From the NCBI GenBank assembly GCA_000002445.1, contig CP000071.1:1408001-1472000 (forward strand): a stretch of 64,000 nt of DNA, written 5' to 3'. The notes beneath the pieces were generated by a model. It was not told where the DNA came from. It saw only the letters and a program-made list of their open reading frames with translations, and ran no database searches. Positions within the stretch are counted from its first letter, which is position 1; the number at the start of each line of letters is the position of its first letter. The translations under genes and the position numbers were made by a program. Below are positions 32,401 to 42,828 of this stretch, in pieces. Source of the stretch: Trypanosoma brucei (taxonomy: Eukaryota).

Positions 32401-33508
32401 CGCCGACGACAACTTGGACATGTGTTAACCCTCCCTTGTTTGGAAACGGGGGGTATCTGCCCGGGTAAACGAGTTTCGCCCAGCGATTTTTTTCCCGAGG
32501 AACACCCGGTTCCTCAAAGGCATAATACCGCTCAACAAATTTGATTCGCCGCTCCTCTATGCCACTACCACGGCAAATAGCATTAATTTCCTGGACGACC
32601 TCAGCATCTGTTGAGCCCTCTTTCGGAAGGAGAAAGACGTTCCGATGAACATGTTGTATTCTCACGCAGCATGAGCGAAACTCCTCATCTTCCTCGTTCA
32701 CGCACACCTTACCAAAGAGAAGTATCGTTCCGGGAGCTGTCAATGTGTGGGGTTGTTCTTTTGCGTCAAACCAGTAAAACAACGCCTTGGGGGGACACCC
32801 GTTCAAAAAGTCAGTGCTCGCATGTTGAGACCCAGTACGTACCTCAACTGGTAAATCCGTGACGACGTTCAACTCCTCCACGACAGTCTCCTTAATCACA
32901 TAGTTCGCGCCAGCCTTATTGGTGCGTTTCTCCTTGTTGCGGGGAGTTTTCTTGACAGCTGCTTCATTTTCGTAAGTAAAAACCTCGTCATTAAGATTTG
33001 CCAACGGAAAACTGTCAGCCAACTCTTCAGTTTTATTAGTATCAGCACTTCTTCCGCTTATTAAAGAGGACAAAAGCTCGGTGGCAGTTACGGAAGGTCC
33101 CTCACCATCTTCGCTGTCGACTCCATCATCTTGTAGAAACTTTGTGATATCCACATCCACTTCGTCCTCCTCCTCGGCAGAGATATTGCGATATTGTTTT
33201 AGGAGATTCTCCATATCATATGTACTTAAAGACTTTGTCAGTTTTTGCTGGTGTCTATGTTGATTCTGCGGCTGCGCGCACTTCTGAGTGGCAATTACCT
33301 TCCCAGATTTTCTCGGTTTGCGCCTCTTCGCCTCTGCGAGCACGACGGCACCCTCATCACCAGCAGCACCCTCACTATCATCTGAATCTATCATAGCCTC
33401 TTCCTTCAGCTTGCGCCACTGCTCCTCTTCCGACTCATCAAAGGTAGATTGTCCTTTTTCTCCACATCTTTTCTGCTCTTCGGAACGGCAGCTAACCCAA
33501 TCCTCCAT
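29486..33508 (-). CDS. POLA1: DNA polymerase alpha catalytic subunit (family B), 1340 aa.
   Basis: Motif A DFNSLYPSLI, motif B KLTANSMYGCLG and motif C YGDTDS are present, with the KKKYAAL pol-alpha signature. There is an acidic N-terminus and a C-terminal Cys zinc module (CTHCQ...CFNCGRS). Confidence 0.88.
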   Translation of the reverse strand: MEDWVSCRSEEQKRCGEKGQSTFDESEEEQWRKLKEEAMIDSDDSEGAAGDEGAVVLAEAKRRKPRKSGKVIATQKCAQPQNQHRHQQKLTKSLSTYDMENLLKQYRNISAEEEDEVDVDITKFLQDDGVDSEDGEGPSVTATELLSSLISGRSADTNKTEELADSFPLANLNDEVFTYENEAAVKKTPRNKEKRTNKAGANYVIKETVVEELNVVTDLPVEVRTGSQHASTDFLNGCPPKALFYWFDAKEQPHTLTAPGTILLFGKVCVNEEDEEFRSCCVRIQHVHRNVFLLPKEGSTDAEVVQEINAICRGSGIEERRIKFVERYYAFEEPGVPREKNRWAKLVYPGRYPPFPNKGGLTHVQVVVGASRSLLELFLIKKRLMGPSYLEIEHLVTAMDRVSHCKTEFLVPSPKDIKVYNSSKPPPPFTVASIQLHAQLDSDGVKNEVIAASIALYGDVSIDGERKPNITECFTGVRQLSPDAPLPLDLETYCLSKRMPGVHRFINERALLTWFAETLAALDPDIIVGHNIIGYTVETLLNRYQELNIVRWSTIGRLDVRRFPRIQGNNFNLAIEKEACVGRLVVDTYLLAREYYKSTNYKLLSLSTQMEIKGITDNRGHFEPGSTVLVKDSMMSSEALCPILLQLLNCAVLSFNVASFLDVIPLTKRLTLLAGNLWSRTLYGARSERIEYLLLHAFHNLKFVTPDKKKRDLKRGREDDDDEGKRKTKYQGGMVLEPKSGLYSEYILLLDFNSLYPSLIQEFNVCYTTIDRDENTVSAEVPPPESLICLSCRAAGLPSPCLHKCILPKVIRGLVDSRREIKRMMKSERDPGNLAMLEIRQLALKLTANSMYGCLGFEYSRFYAQPLAELVTRQGRLALQNTVELIPQISPSIRVIYGDTDSVMIQTGIKDDIGKVRNLGFEIKGKVNQRYQSLELDIDGVFRAMLLLRKKKYAALSVVDWQGEGKVYKREVKGLDMVRRDWCPLSQHVSDAVLKRILNAEGGEDILDFVIKYMKGVAQDVRSGNVYPLEEFVISKSLTKEPESYHGTGYPHAVVALRMKQRKEGVRVGDLIPYVICEGDEHIDDKAYHIDEVRRSDGLSVDVEWYLSSQLYPPVMRLCEHIQGFVPEQLSEAMCIASHMRTERDVKEEDTANDFSHCSIFKSRALSECFPTATALQVQCTHCQLVVPVDPHKYINDMFSSREKPPPTAPFELYVCFNCGRSLPLAYLANCMTQMCHTIIRQFYCSGGNVASVRALRAQFTYLRAMFDVPQALNCPSAVKNAHRVLSLRCLGTDRKLYTLADVERFPDVEPVDPLLACAESFYRRIDHLFVSLDKLFDTP

Positions 33509-33901
33509 CTCACTTAAAACACTATGACTTTACAGCGATTACCCAAGAGTGAAAGAACTAAATCATGATGAATACATTAAAGCAAAACGAAACAAAACAA
33601 TGGTTTGCAAAAAAAAAAAGTAATATGCGTTGATCAGCAACCGGCAACGAACTCTAAAATCTCTTTATACGATGTAGAGCACCACTGCGCAAAGTAATCA
33701 CTAACAAAGTAAATCTGACTTTCTTTTTTTTTTTTGATTTGTTCCCCAGTAAGTGGATATTAGTGTAGTCATTCCCTTCAATGTGCAGGTAGTGTGTTCT
33801 CTTAATAGTCACCAGAGATTTACTCCCCCGTTTCGCACCTCGTCACTATATAAGGCTTTAAATTGAACGTCCTACCCCACCAACTTTGTGCAAGCAGACA
33901 A

Positions 33902-35230
33902 TCAACTCATAGCCGTGTAATTGAATTTTTCGCACACAGCAGCTAGTGAACGAACATTTTTAACAGAAATGGCAAGTTGCCGCGCAAAATTTATAAGGGC
34001 AACTCTCTCTCCTCTGTTTAGTTCCACCACATTCTCAGCGGAACCGAAGACAATTTTCAACGCGGTGGCAAGAGCAGCTGTTTCCAACTTCCCCCAAGCG
34101 CGGCACTTTTCACACGTGACGCAATCCATGAGAGTTGTAACATTGTGCACCACGCGCTTCATTTGCCGAACCAGTAGGTGCGCACCCGGAGACTCAAAAA
34201 ATTTTTGCTCGTCGAAAGTTGCTACGCGGAATAGCTTGCTGCTAAAAAGTTCCCCAATATTGCTGTAGAGACGCACATCTCCATCTGTAGCAGCGCCGTT
34301 GAAGCCAGAGTTATACAAACTTGAGTTAGCAAGAAATGCACGTTTGGTCTTCGCCAGAGCGCGAAGGACAAACTGGTAGACAACAAAAAGGTTCCTTATG
34401 AATTCGTCATTCTTAACGATGCGGCGGAACATGCCACAGTTAGGATAGAAAGATATATTGGGATTATTTAGCACACCTAGGCTGCGCAGCGGAGAGTCAC
34501 CCTTCGTATCATTATAAAAGAAAGCAGCCACATGCATGGTTATAGAAGTATGGAGCCCACTTAGAAGCTGCCGAAGTAAAGCCTTCTCTCTGTTTTCTAC
34601 ACCAGCCGTATCATTACTTGGAAGTCCGTCAATATTGCAGTTGTTATATACAGCCTGCCAAACCCGCGCTGCTTTCGGTCCCGAATATCCGGTGTTTGCC
34701 TCTGGGTTTTGGAGAAGATCCACATATGTTGCATCTCTATCTGGGTCGATCGGCTTGATCTCGTCCTCGAAACCTTTTGCTGCATGTTTGTCAGGGGCCG
34801 CACGACGTTCAACCGTGGAAACATCACTCATATCGTATGGGTATTTTAGTGTTTCGGGAATTCCACTGTCATCACAAGTGCAGATCTGGCATCCATTTGA
34901 ATCACATGTACAACTAGCCTCAGCGACCCAGTAACGACATTCCCTGTCCAGATTTACTTTAAAGTACCGAAAGTATGGGTGACTCGTTATGTTGTTAAGA
35001 AGGCCTGTAATACCCTCAGTGTTCTGACTGACCTCATCCATGGTAAGGGAACAAAACCCCTCCTTAAGGGCATTTCCTTTCTTGGTCCTTACATATGAGC
35101 CAGCCCCGGAATTGTTGGCTGAAATGTACATCCCAAAAAAAGAAACACCATCCAATTCAGCACGAAGTAAAATTTGCCAAACAAGTCCTAGAAGAACAGG
35201 AACTACTATCAATAATCGCATCTTCAACAT
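33902..35230 (-). CDS. ERO1: ER oxidoreductin 1 (ERO1), 442 aa with a signal peptide.
   Basis: The N-terminus MLKMRLLIVVPVLLGLV is hydrophobic. The CxxCxxC active site DCVTCEKCRAWGKLETAALATALKIV matches the Ero1 consensus. Confidence 0.85.
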   Translation of the reverse strand: MLKMRLLIVVPVLLGLVWQILLRAELDGVSFFGMYISANNSGAGSYVRTKKGNALKEGFCSLTMDEVSQNTEGITGLLNNITSHPYFRYFKVNLDRECRYWVAEASCTCDSNGCQICTCDDSGIPETLKYPYDMSDVSTVERRAAPDKHAAKGFEDEIKPIDPDRDATYVDLLQNPEANTGYSGPKAARVWQAVYNNCNIDGLPSNDTAGVENREKALLRQLLSGLHTSITMHVAAFFYNDTKGDSPLRSLGVLNNPNISFYPNCGMFRRIVKNDEFIRNLFVVYQFVLRALAKTKRAFLANSSLYNSGFNGAATDGDVRLYSNIGELFSSKLFRVATFDEQKFFESPGAHLLVRQMKRVVHNVTTLMDCVTCEKCRAWGKLETAALATALKIVFGSAENVVELNRGERVALINFARQLAISVKNVRSLAAVCEKFNYTAMS

Positions 35231-36192
35231 CTCCCGATGTGAATAGTACGATTAACCTACACGAACCACAGATAAAGAATTTAAAAAAAGGGTATCTATT
35301 TTTTAAAAAAAAATCGGATGCAGAGAGGTACCGTCATCAATTGCGGTCCCCAACAACTTTAAAAAACAGTAAAAGGTAACGACCTAGGAAACCCCTCTGA
35401 GTGAAGCTACATAATTGAATGGAAGTGCAACTGATGTCCCCCTCTGACATTCTGAAACGGTAGTCACTTTTAGGCCACGCGGCGACATATCCTAAAAGGA
35501 CGGTGATTGACAACAGAAAACTGATATCAAGCAACGTACAGTTTTAATTCACCAAACTGGGCATCATCACTTCCACCCAACAGTAAAGAAAAAAAATTCA
35601 GTGATGCGATGCCGGAACTTCTGCGGAAGGAAATGTTTAAGTAAGTTGCTCAATTTAAAAAAAAAAGTGGAAATTGTACTGGATTTTTAGAAAATGTCCT
35701 TAAGCATGTCACTCCGTTCGCCCAACATACCCCGGCCTTAGTACCAGGGTTGAAGTTGATTAAGTTTGCGGCGCCGTGACTTCTGTAACGATAGCACAGC
35801 ATATCTTCGACTCTGTCAACTGTGGTGCCACCGCTCCTCCACACGATGCGGCCACCACGCCACTGTTTCGAGTCCGGCTAAAAATAAAAAAACGAACACG
35901 GCTTTCCAAGGTGAGCCACCCCTTCCTTAAAGAGTTACCAGACAGTAGAGTTGGGTGGGCAGACATTGCAGTCGCCATAATGGCCAGCGCCTCAATCCGA
36001 CATAAGTACTAGTTTGTGTTTACCAACAGTCGCAGCCACACTCAGCACCACCCACCCATAATGGCAATTAGATGCGCAACACCGGCCTCAGCAGCACCAC
36101 CACTCAGGCATCCCCCTGAGTCGACGAAAGTTAAGCCCACATCTGCAATCGCGCACAACAAAGTCCCACGGACAGCCCGTGACGAAATATAG

Positions 36193-36206
36193 CCCCCCCC
36201 CCCCCC
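36193..36206. repeat. Homopolymer C14 on the plus strand (G14 on the coding strand of the leftward unit). A second C13 tract lies at 36415-36427.
   Basis: Read directly from the sequence. Both tracts sit in the C/A-rich block of the strand-switch region. Confidence 0.9.
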
Positions 36207-39200
36207 GATCGGCACTGCCACAATGTGAGGTAGTGCGACGCCACCAAAAACATTGAAGCGGCCCACCAGACACCCTCGGCCGGCTCGTCTGCTGGACCCC
36301 TTGTCTCCGTTTCCCCGCATTCATTGTTCACAAATGGGGTCCGTCAACACCACCTCCACCACGTCGCGCTTTCACTTGGTGACCGCATCCGTGCTCTCAC
36401 AGTGCCCATCGCCACCCCCCCCCCCCCTTGTCTACTACACGGAAACGGAGGGCCACCCCTCCCGATCAATCGAAAACAGTGAAGAAACATCAACACCAGT
36501 TTGCGCGACAAGGGGGGAAAGTCAGCACCACACCCCCTTTTGAGAAGCTCAGCCACAGGCTAACCCCTCCTCGCTCAAAGCCCTCAAACCATGGGGGCGC
36601 CCTCGCAGCCCGTCCCACCCACATCTCACAGTCACTGTTCTCGGGCAACATCCGGGCCGCCAGGAGCAAAGACAATGATAAAAAAAAATAAACCAGCAAA
36701 CCCTAAGGGCAGCAGCCCCCTTCGATCGAAAGAGCGGAAATACTTCGAATCAAACCAAAGCAATACGCAAGCATTTGTACCGACGCCCTGCCCCCACGTT
36801 CCATCTACCATCAACCGTCGGTACGTCGAACGGTGACAGACAGCTCGGCCTTTTCGCATTCTCTGTTGATTAGCATCTTCAACGGTACAAGCTTACACCT
36901 CCACTAACTATGGGAAAACGGCAACGCTACAACAAGAAATAGATCATCAGCCCGGGGACCCTAGTCATCCTTTGCTTGGACCGAAGCAAAGTTACACCAG
37001 GCCTTTCGAAGAGGCACCAGCGGCCCTTGAAGGCTCCCCGTCCACACACCCCAAAGACACTTCAGGCATTAGCTGGGAAACCGCCCTCTACATCTCAACA
37101 ACTCCCCCCTAGCATGCATGTAGCGTACGTCTCCTCCAACGTGTTGCGGGTGCCTCAACAGCGCATCTTAGAACTTTCGCCCCATTGGAAGAAGGCGGCC
37201 GTCCCGTAAAAGAGCCAGGTACTAGCGCTGAGAGGCGGCCGGAGACGCCGGGGGGCTAATCCTCACCTCGAAATAAGCCATCGTGACGCCAGCTACTTCA
37301 TTAAGGCGGTGGGATCCCATACTTCTCTTTTTTTATTGAGGGGAGCAGAGAAATGGCCATGTTCTACAAGTGCGCAAAACGGTTGACTGTGCCTGGGCCG
37401 AGCTGTCTTACGGTGCGTGGACTCCGTGGGTCACAATAATTCTCCGTTTTCCCATGGGCACATCCGATCGTGCCATAGGCATCTTGAACCGTACAATTGC
37501 AGTGACGAAATATTTTGGCACCCTGCGGTTCCCCACAACCGCCGCCTCGTTATGATGCAGTTCTAACAAAACCATGAAGAAAAGGTTTTTTTTAAAAAAA
37601 GAAAACATTATTATTATTTTTTTTTAGGGGGGTGGGTCCTGCGACGGGAGTGACTAGGCCCTACTGAATAAATTATTATATGCTATCCTCCTTAATTTTT
37701 TAATACAAACGGATAGCGAAGGTAAGTTTTCCTCAACTTCAACATGTAGATTAGCCTCTCTTTTTTTTTTCTGTGAACGTATTATTTGTTGTCCAAAAGT
37801 GCAGGAACAACTTGTTTGTCGTTTTCCTTCCAGACGGTTTTTCTCCATTTTGGAGTAGGGCAGGCGAGGCACTGACCGTTCCCTGTAAAAACACATCCTC
37901 AGGACCTGGTCTGTCAGGGGCCCTCGGCATGTCGACACCGCCTTTCACATCTGCCAGCCAGCCGGCCCACAATGTCTAAAAACTGCTGGCGCTGAGGATG
38001 GCTCGTGTGAGGCTGGATGGCGCGCACCGGCAACCCCCGTCAGATATATCATTGGGGACGTCCTCAAACACCCAAGAGGCCGACTATCCTAACGTGGTGT
38101 GGCAAGTTGGCGCCCCGCTGGAGGGGAAGAGAAGAGCCGAACCTCCATTCGTGATTTCAGGGCGAAGTTGGAAATCCAGAAATGGAAATGTGAGCGATCA
38201 TGCGCAACACTACTGGGACTCCGGGAAGAAAGTGTGTTTTCTGAGTGATGGCGCCTGAAAATACAAACTTTCACTTGCTTTCGGTGTCAATTGAATCTTA
38301 TTTCTCCTTAACAAGGATGCAGAACAGATTCCTCATCCCATTCTCTATGGAGATTAACGAAATGTGAGGTCTCTCAGTCATAAAAAGGTTGCTTCTCTTG
38401 AAAGCGCCTCATGGGGACACGGCGGCCTTTCGCCTTCCTTAATAGACGCTCATGAAGGTTGAGGAAGGCAGAATGAAGGCTTGCGCCCATTATCAATACA
38501 TAGTGTTGCCTTGCTGTAAAATGAAGAGTAACAGCGTATCAATATTCATTCGAAACAAGATATGAGTAATTGACGCTCCAAAAAATTATTATAGTCTTAG
38601 AAAGCATAACCATTACGGTGACGCCTGAAAATGGTGAACAGCTCGGTGTGGCATTTGCCTGCCTTCCCAATAACTCTAATGTAAGCATGTAAAGGTTGTA
38701 GCAATTAAAAGCGAGGATCAAGATTCAGTAGCCGTCGGAGCTGACGTAAAACAGCACTATTTTGCTTGAGACATCCGCATCGCAGAGGAGAACGGTGATG
38801 AAGCTGACGTTGAATTGATAGCTGTAGAAGAGTTTAACAGTTACCAACAATGAAACCCCAATTTGATATACAGCATTCGGAGGCGCACTGCTTTCAATAG
38901 AAGTTACCTGTTTTACGCACAGCAATGTAACATTTTGGAAAGCGATGCGAAACTTTTGCGGTTATTGTAGTTGGATATTGCTCAATGTAGCATTATAAAG
39001 GGATATGAAGAAAATTGTGGATTGTCCAAATTTTCCAAAACATTGTGTGCCAGAACTCGGTAAATAGGTAAAAACACGTGTCGATGGCAGTTGAAAACAT
39101 CAATGATGCCATTACATCTGTAGTGGATTAGACAGCACCAAAAAACAATTCATAGGAAGAAAATGTTGTTCCTCCTTCATTAGAGAAAGGAGGGTGTTGA

Positions 39201-39610
39201 ATATAACAGCTGTGAGGACATGCAGGAAGATGCACTTCAAAACTGCTAATGGATGAGACAAAGAAAAACTTCGTACCTTATTGAAAGAATTATTCACAGC
39301 ACCATTATTATAGATTCCTACCCTAATAATGGAAGAGGAACCCACCGAAAGAAAAGGGGAGCGAAGTCGCAGATCTTAATGAATATGTAAGCGAATCAGT
39401 CTACAAGAAGTCCAACAACTGAATTGAAGAGCACCTGTTGGCCAAAGAGCCTCTTTTTAAAACTGTTTATCGCTGCTAAACTGATAAATGCGGTAAAATA
39501 ATCATTGTCATGGAAAACGGTAGTGGGGAAGAAATTAACTACGAGAGATCAAAGGTGATGTTTACTTCAACTCTGCAGCTTCTTCCGAAGATGAGGCACC
39601 CTTTCTGATC

Positions 39611-39612
<2 letters not shown>

Positions 39613-39652
<40 letters not shown>
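39613..39652 (+). repeat. (TG)20 dinucleotide microsatellite.
   Basis: Read directly from the sequence. It is what produces the spurious ORF MCVCVCVC at 39614..40264. Confidence 0.95.
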
Positions 39653-39653
<1 letters not shown>

Positions 39654-40483
39654 AACATCATTCCACCACTCTCGAACAAAAGAATCAGCTAAAGACGTTG
39701 AACAATCTGGGCTGCTGGAACCAACGGGTGCTGTGTGTGAATTCATCGAGAGAGCACAGCTTAAGGGGCCTAAAAACTGGGTTCGAGAGCGACACAGCTA
39801 CGACGGTCAGGTTTCCGACAGGGGGACGCAGCACTAGCTCTGTTTTAGAGGTACAGAGCGCAATCGAGGCAGTGGAGAAACGCACCCGAAGCGTAGCAGC
39901 GTTTATAGACTATGTTAGGGCATTTGGCCAGGTGCAGCGCAACTGTGGCGTTCGAACGCTAGGGTGTTTCGGAGTGCTTATCACACTCGATATGGTAGAT
40001 AGGCAACTTCTCGCCACACGGAACAAAAATGTCCAGAATGCACAGTGTGCAGGCCGACGGTGCCAGGCGACGCACGGCACGCTGCGGGATTCGTTGTTTT
40101 GCAAGACCCTATTCTCCGGGGCAACAGAATGGGTGAGCGCGAAACCGAATAAGATCCCTGGACTCAGGGATAGTTTGTTTACCGGTATTATGGCCCTCAA
40201 ACCGTTGGGCTCGGAAAAGGCAGAACGGAGAGATACGCAGCAAAGGTGGAAGCTGGGGGTTTGATGACGATTGTTTCAAAGACGCTTTATAGAGTACCGG
40301 TAGAGAAAAAAAGGGTATCACCCGCATGGCGTGCGCACTGGGGACTCACTGCACCTTCGGGGTCCAGGATAAAAGATTAACGATACGAAGGCCTAAAACC
40401 CTTGAACCTCGGTTTTCAGTAAAAACAAAAACACAATTATCGCTTCTTTATCAGTTGCAGTAGCTCTTCCCATGTTATTTTCC

Positions 40484-40527
40484 AATTATTTTTATTATTA
40501 TTTTTATTATTATTATTTTTAATTTTT
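40484..40527. repeat. AT-rich (ATTATTTTT)-type low-complexity tract.
   Basis: Read directly from the sequence. Confidence 0.8.
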
Positions 40528-42519
40528 GCCGATTTGACCCCTCTAAGGGTGCAAAAGGTTACTCCAACCCTCTGGATATACCTACGAGGACAAATCTCTT
40601 CGGCGCTGAAAAGGCCGCCGGCATTTCACTGAGCTCTTTAGGCACTAAGGGTTGGGTTTGGCTCAAAATCTCTGCATAAAATTAAGGGAGGATAGAAAAC
40701 CCTCGTTGGGGCAGGTTGGAACGATGCTTTGCTGGGTCTGAGTCTCTTTTTTTCGCCCCAGCACAATACTGTTCCATTCTTTTGACCCACAGCAGGGACC
40801 ACAACGCCGGTAGCATCCCAGTTTCACGAGAAAAGCACGTGGAGCCAGCTTGCTATCCATCTGGAAAGTGTGTACTTTTTTGAAACACGGCGAACGAACT
40901 GGTGCTGCCTTGGAAAAGGCGCTTCACATGCAGCCGCTTAGGTAAATTTCTATTCCGTTTCTGGGGGAAGCGGTTTATGTGCAATCACAGGCTTCGTAAA
41001 ATAACCTCTTACAGAGTAAATAGGTGAAAGTACATCCTGCTATCTAAAAAACTATTTTTCTTTTTTTTTTTTGATAGCTGATTGTGTATAATTACAAAGA
41101 AACGTAAACGTATTCACATACCTGCGGGTGTGGACCCACCCTTCTCTAGTGGAAAGGATGAAGTGGGTGTGAGGTTTTACGCCTTAAAACAGGTAGAAAA
41201 CAGAAAGTGTTGGCCCACTTCCGATTTCCGATGTTATGTCCTTTTAATTGATAACATCGTCCTCTCACCACCGCAGTCCAAGTGCTTTGAGGAGAACCGT
41301 GAAACCTCCACGTCTTAGCAGAGCTGTTATTCCAATGCGGCCGTGCGGCTCGTTTCACCCCTCACACTTGGAGGCTCGGGGTGTCCAGACCCAGGGGCAG
41401 GTGACTTCTCACGCTAAGGTGCTAGTCGGCTCCCGGTCCCCCTTCGCACCAGGCTGTGTTCGTGTGGTAGGTCTCCAGTCGGTCCAGCTTTCCCTAGAAT
41501 GCTGTTTTGAGTGCATTTCGCAGCCACGTAAAACCACTGCCTTGTTCCGTTCCATTGCTATCCAGTCCGGGGAATTTGTGAAGCCGGTAGCGCTATCGGG
41601 GTGATGCTTCTGGCGGTGACGGTCTACCGCATGCCGGCCCTGTGATTCTCATAAAGCTCACCGCGCATAATAGGTTCCACTGGAAGATTGTTTTGGGGTG
41701 GGGATTGTCACTGCCTCCACGCCTACTTTCCCACTTATCATCCCTGTGGCACTGCCTTCAGTCCATCATCGCCCCCCTGACGGGCTGTTTTTTTTTTTTC
41801 CTTTCCCGATGGAGTGAACGGGGAACCACCTTCGATCTAGAGAATAGCTTTGCTAGAGAACGGTTTTCGCCTTATGGTGCTGAAAGCTGTGGTGGGAGGT
41901 GTGTGTGTGCATGTGTAACTACGTTGCTGACCCTCGCGAGCGGCGCCGCACATACTCTGCTCTGCCCCAATTCGCCGGTCCGGCCTCCGAGGAGTGCCCT
42001 TTGGTGAGGACTGGAGTGACTAGACGTGACCACGGCTGGGGTTGAGTCCCTTCCACGAGGAAATGATGGTTCGTGGCGCTTGGTATCGTTAATTTTTACC
42101 AGGTTGTACGCGTTGAGTGGATCTGCGTAAGCTTTGAGCCGTGGAGCGGTCCGTTGCCCCTCCCATTGGTAAAGCGGCTGTCGTTGACCACGTGATGCCC
42201 CTTTTGGCACTAGGTATATCGTGTGCCGGCGGGTGGTGTTTATGATTTCACTTGCGGTAGTTTGCGGGTCTCACATTGATGGTGTCTTGGGGGCGCGTGA
42301 GAAATCGCGTTGCGGCGTACTGCTGCCTGATCTGGCAACCTTTTTGTGTTTGACGCTGAGGGCAAGCGTGCCTATATTTTTCTAAACATGGGAGAGGTTT
42401 GTTTGCTTCCTTTTTTCCCAACTGTTGCGGCGCATGTTTTATTCGGGCTATGCTTGTGCAATGAATTCTTGTCCGCTTTCCGTCTGGGTTTACCCATCGT
42501 GCTTTAGGTATTTAAAGCG

Positions 42520-42828
42520 ATGACGTTTAAATTCTTTTACAATGTGCCGAGGCAGGTGCACTCTTTTAGAGGCGGGTCGCGCGGACCTCGCCGGGCAGAG
42601 GTGTTCAATCGCCTAACGCGTCAGCAGTTTCGACGGAGGTTGATGAGCGGAACCGCTGCTTCTAATGCCAAGAGCTGGGATGCACTGGACCGAAAGAGAA
42701 TGCAGCGAGACTCCGTTGTTGAGCATCGTCGGCTTAACGTTGCCCGCATGCCAGCGGCGGTGATAAGGCAGAAACTAAAAAGGGGGCCACCCCACAAAGG
42801 CGATGATAAGTATTTACTTCGACCTTAG
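42520..42828 (+). CDS. Candidate small basic protein (102 aa, Arg/Lys-rich), possibly the first gene of the rightward unit.
   Basis: True ATG at 42520. A poly-pyrimidine tract (gcttccttttttccc, about 42400-42420) with downstream AG dinucleotides lies within ~100 nt upstream. No homologue recognised. Confidence 0.3.
   Translation: MTFKFFYNVPRQVHSFRGGSRGPRRAEVFNRLTRQQFRRRLMSGTAASNAKSWDALDRKRMQRDSVVEHRRLNVARMPAAVIRQKLKRGPPHKGDDKYLLRP

Noticed and set aside
39614-40264. 216-aa ORF beginning MCVCVCVCVCVC.
   Set aside because: It starts at a GTG inside the (TG)20 microsatellite in the strand-switch region and has no gene-like features.
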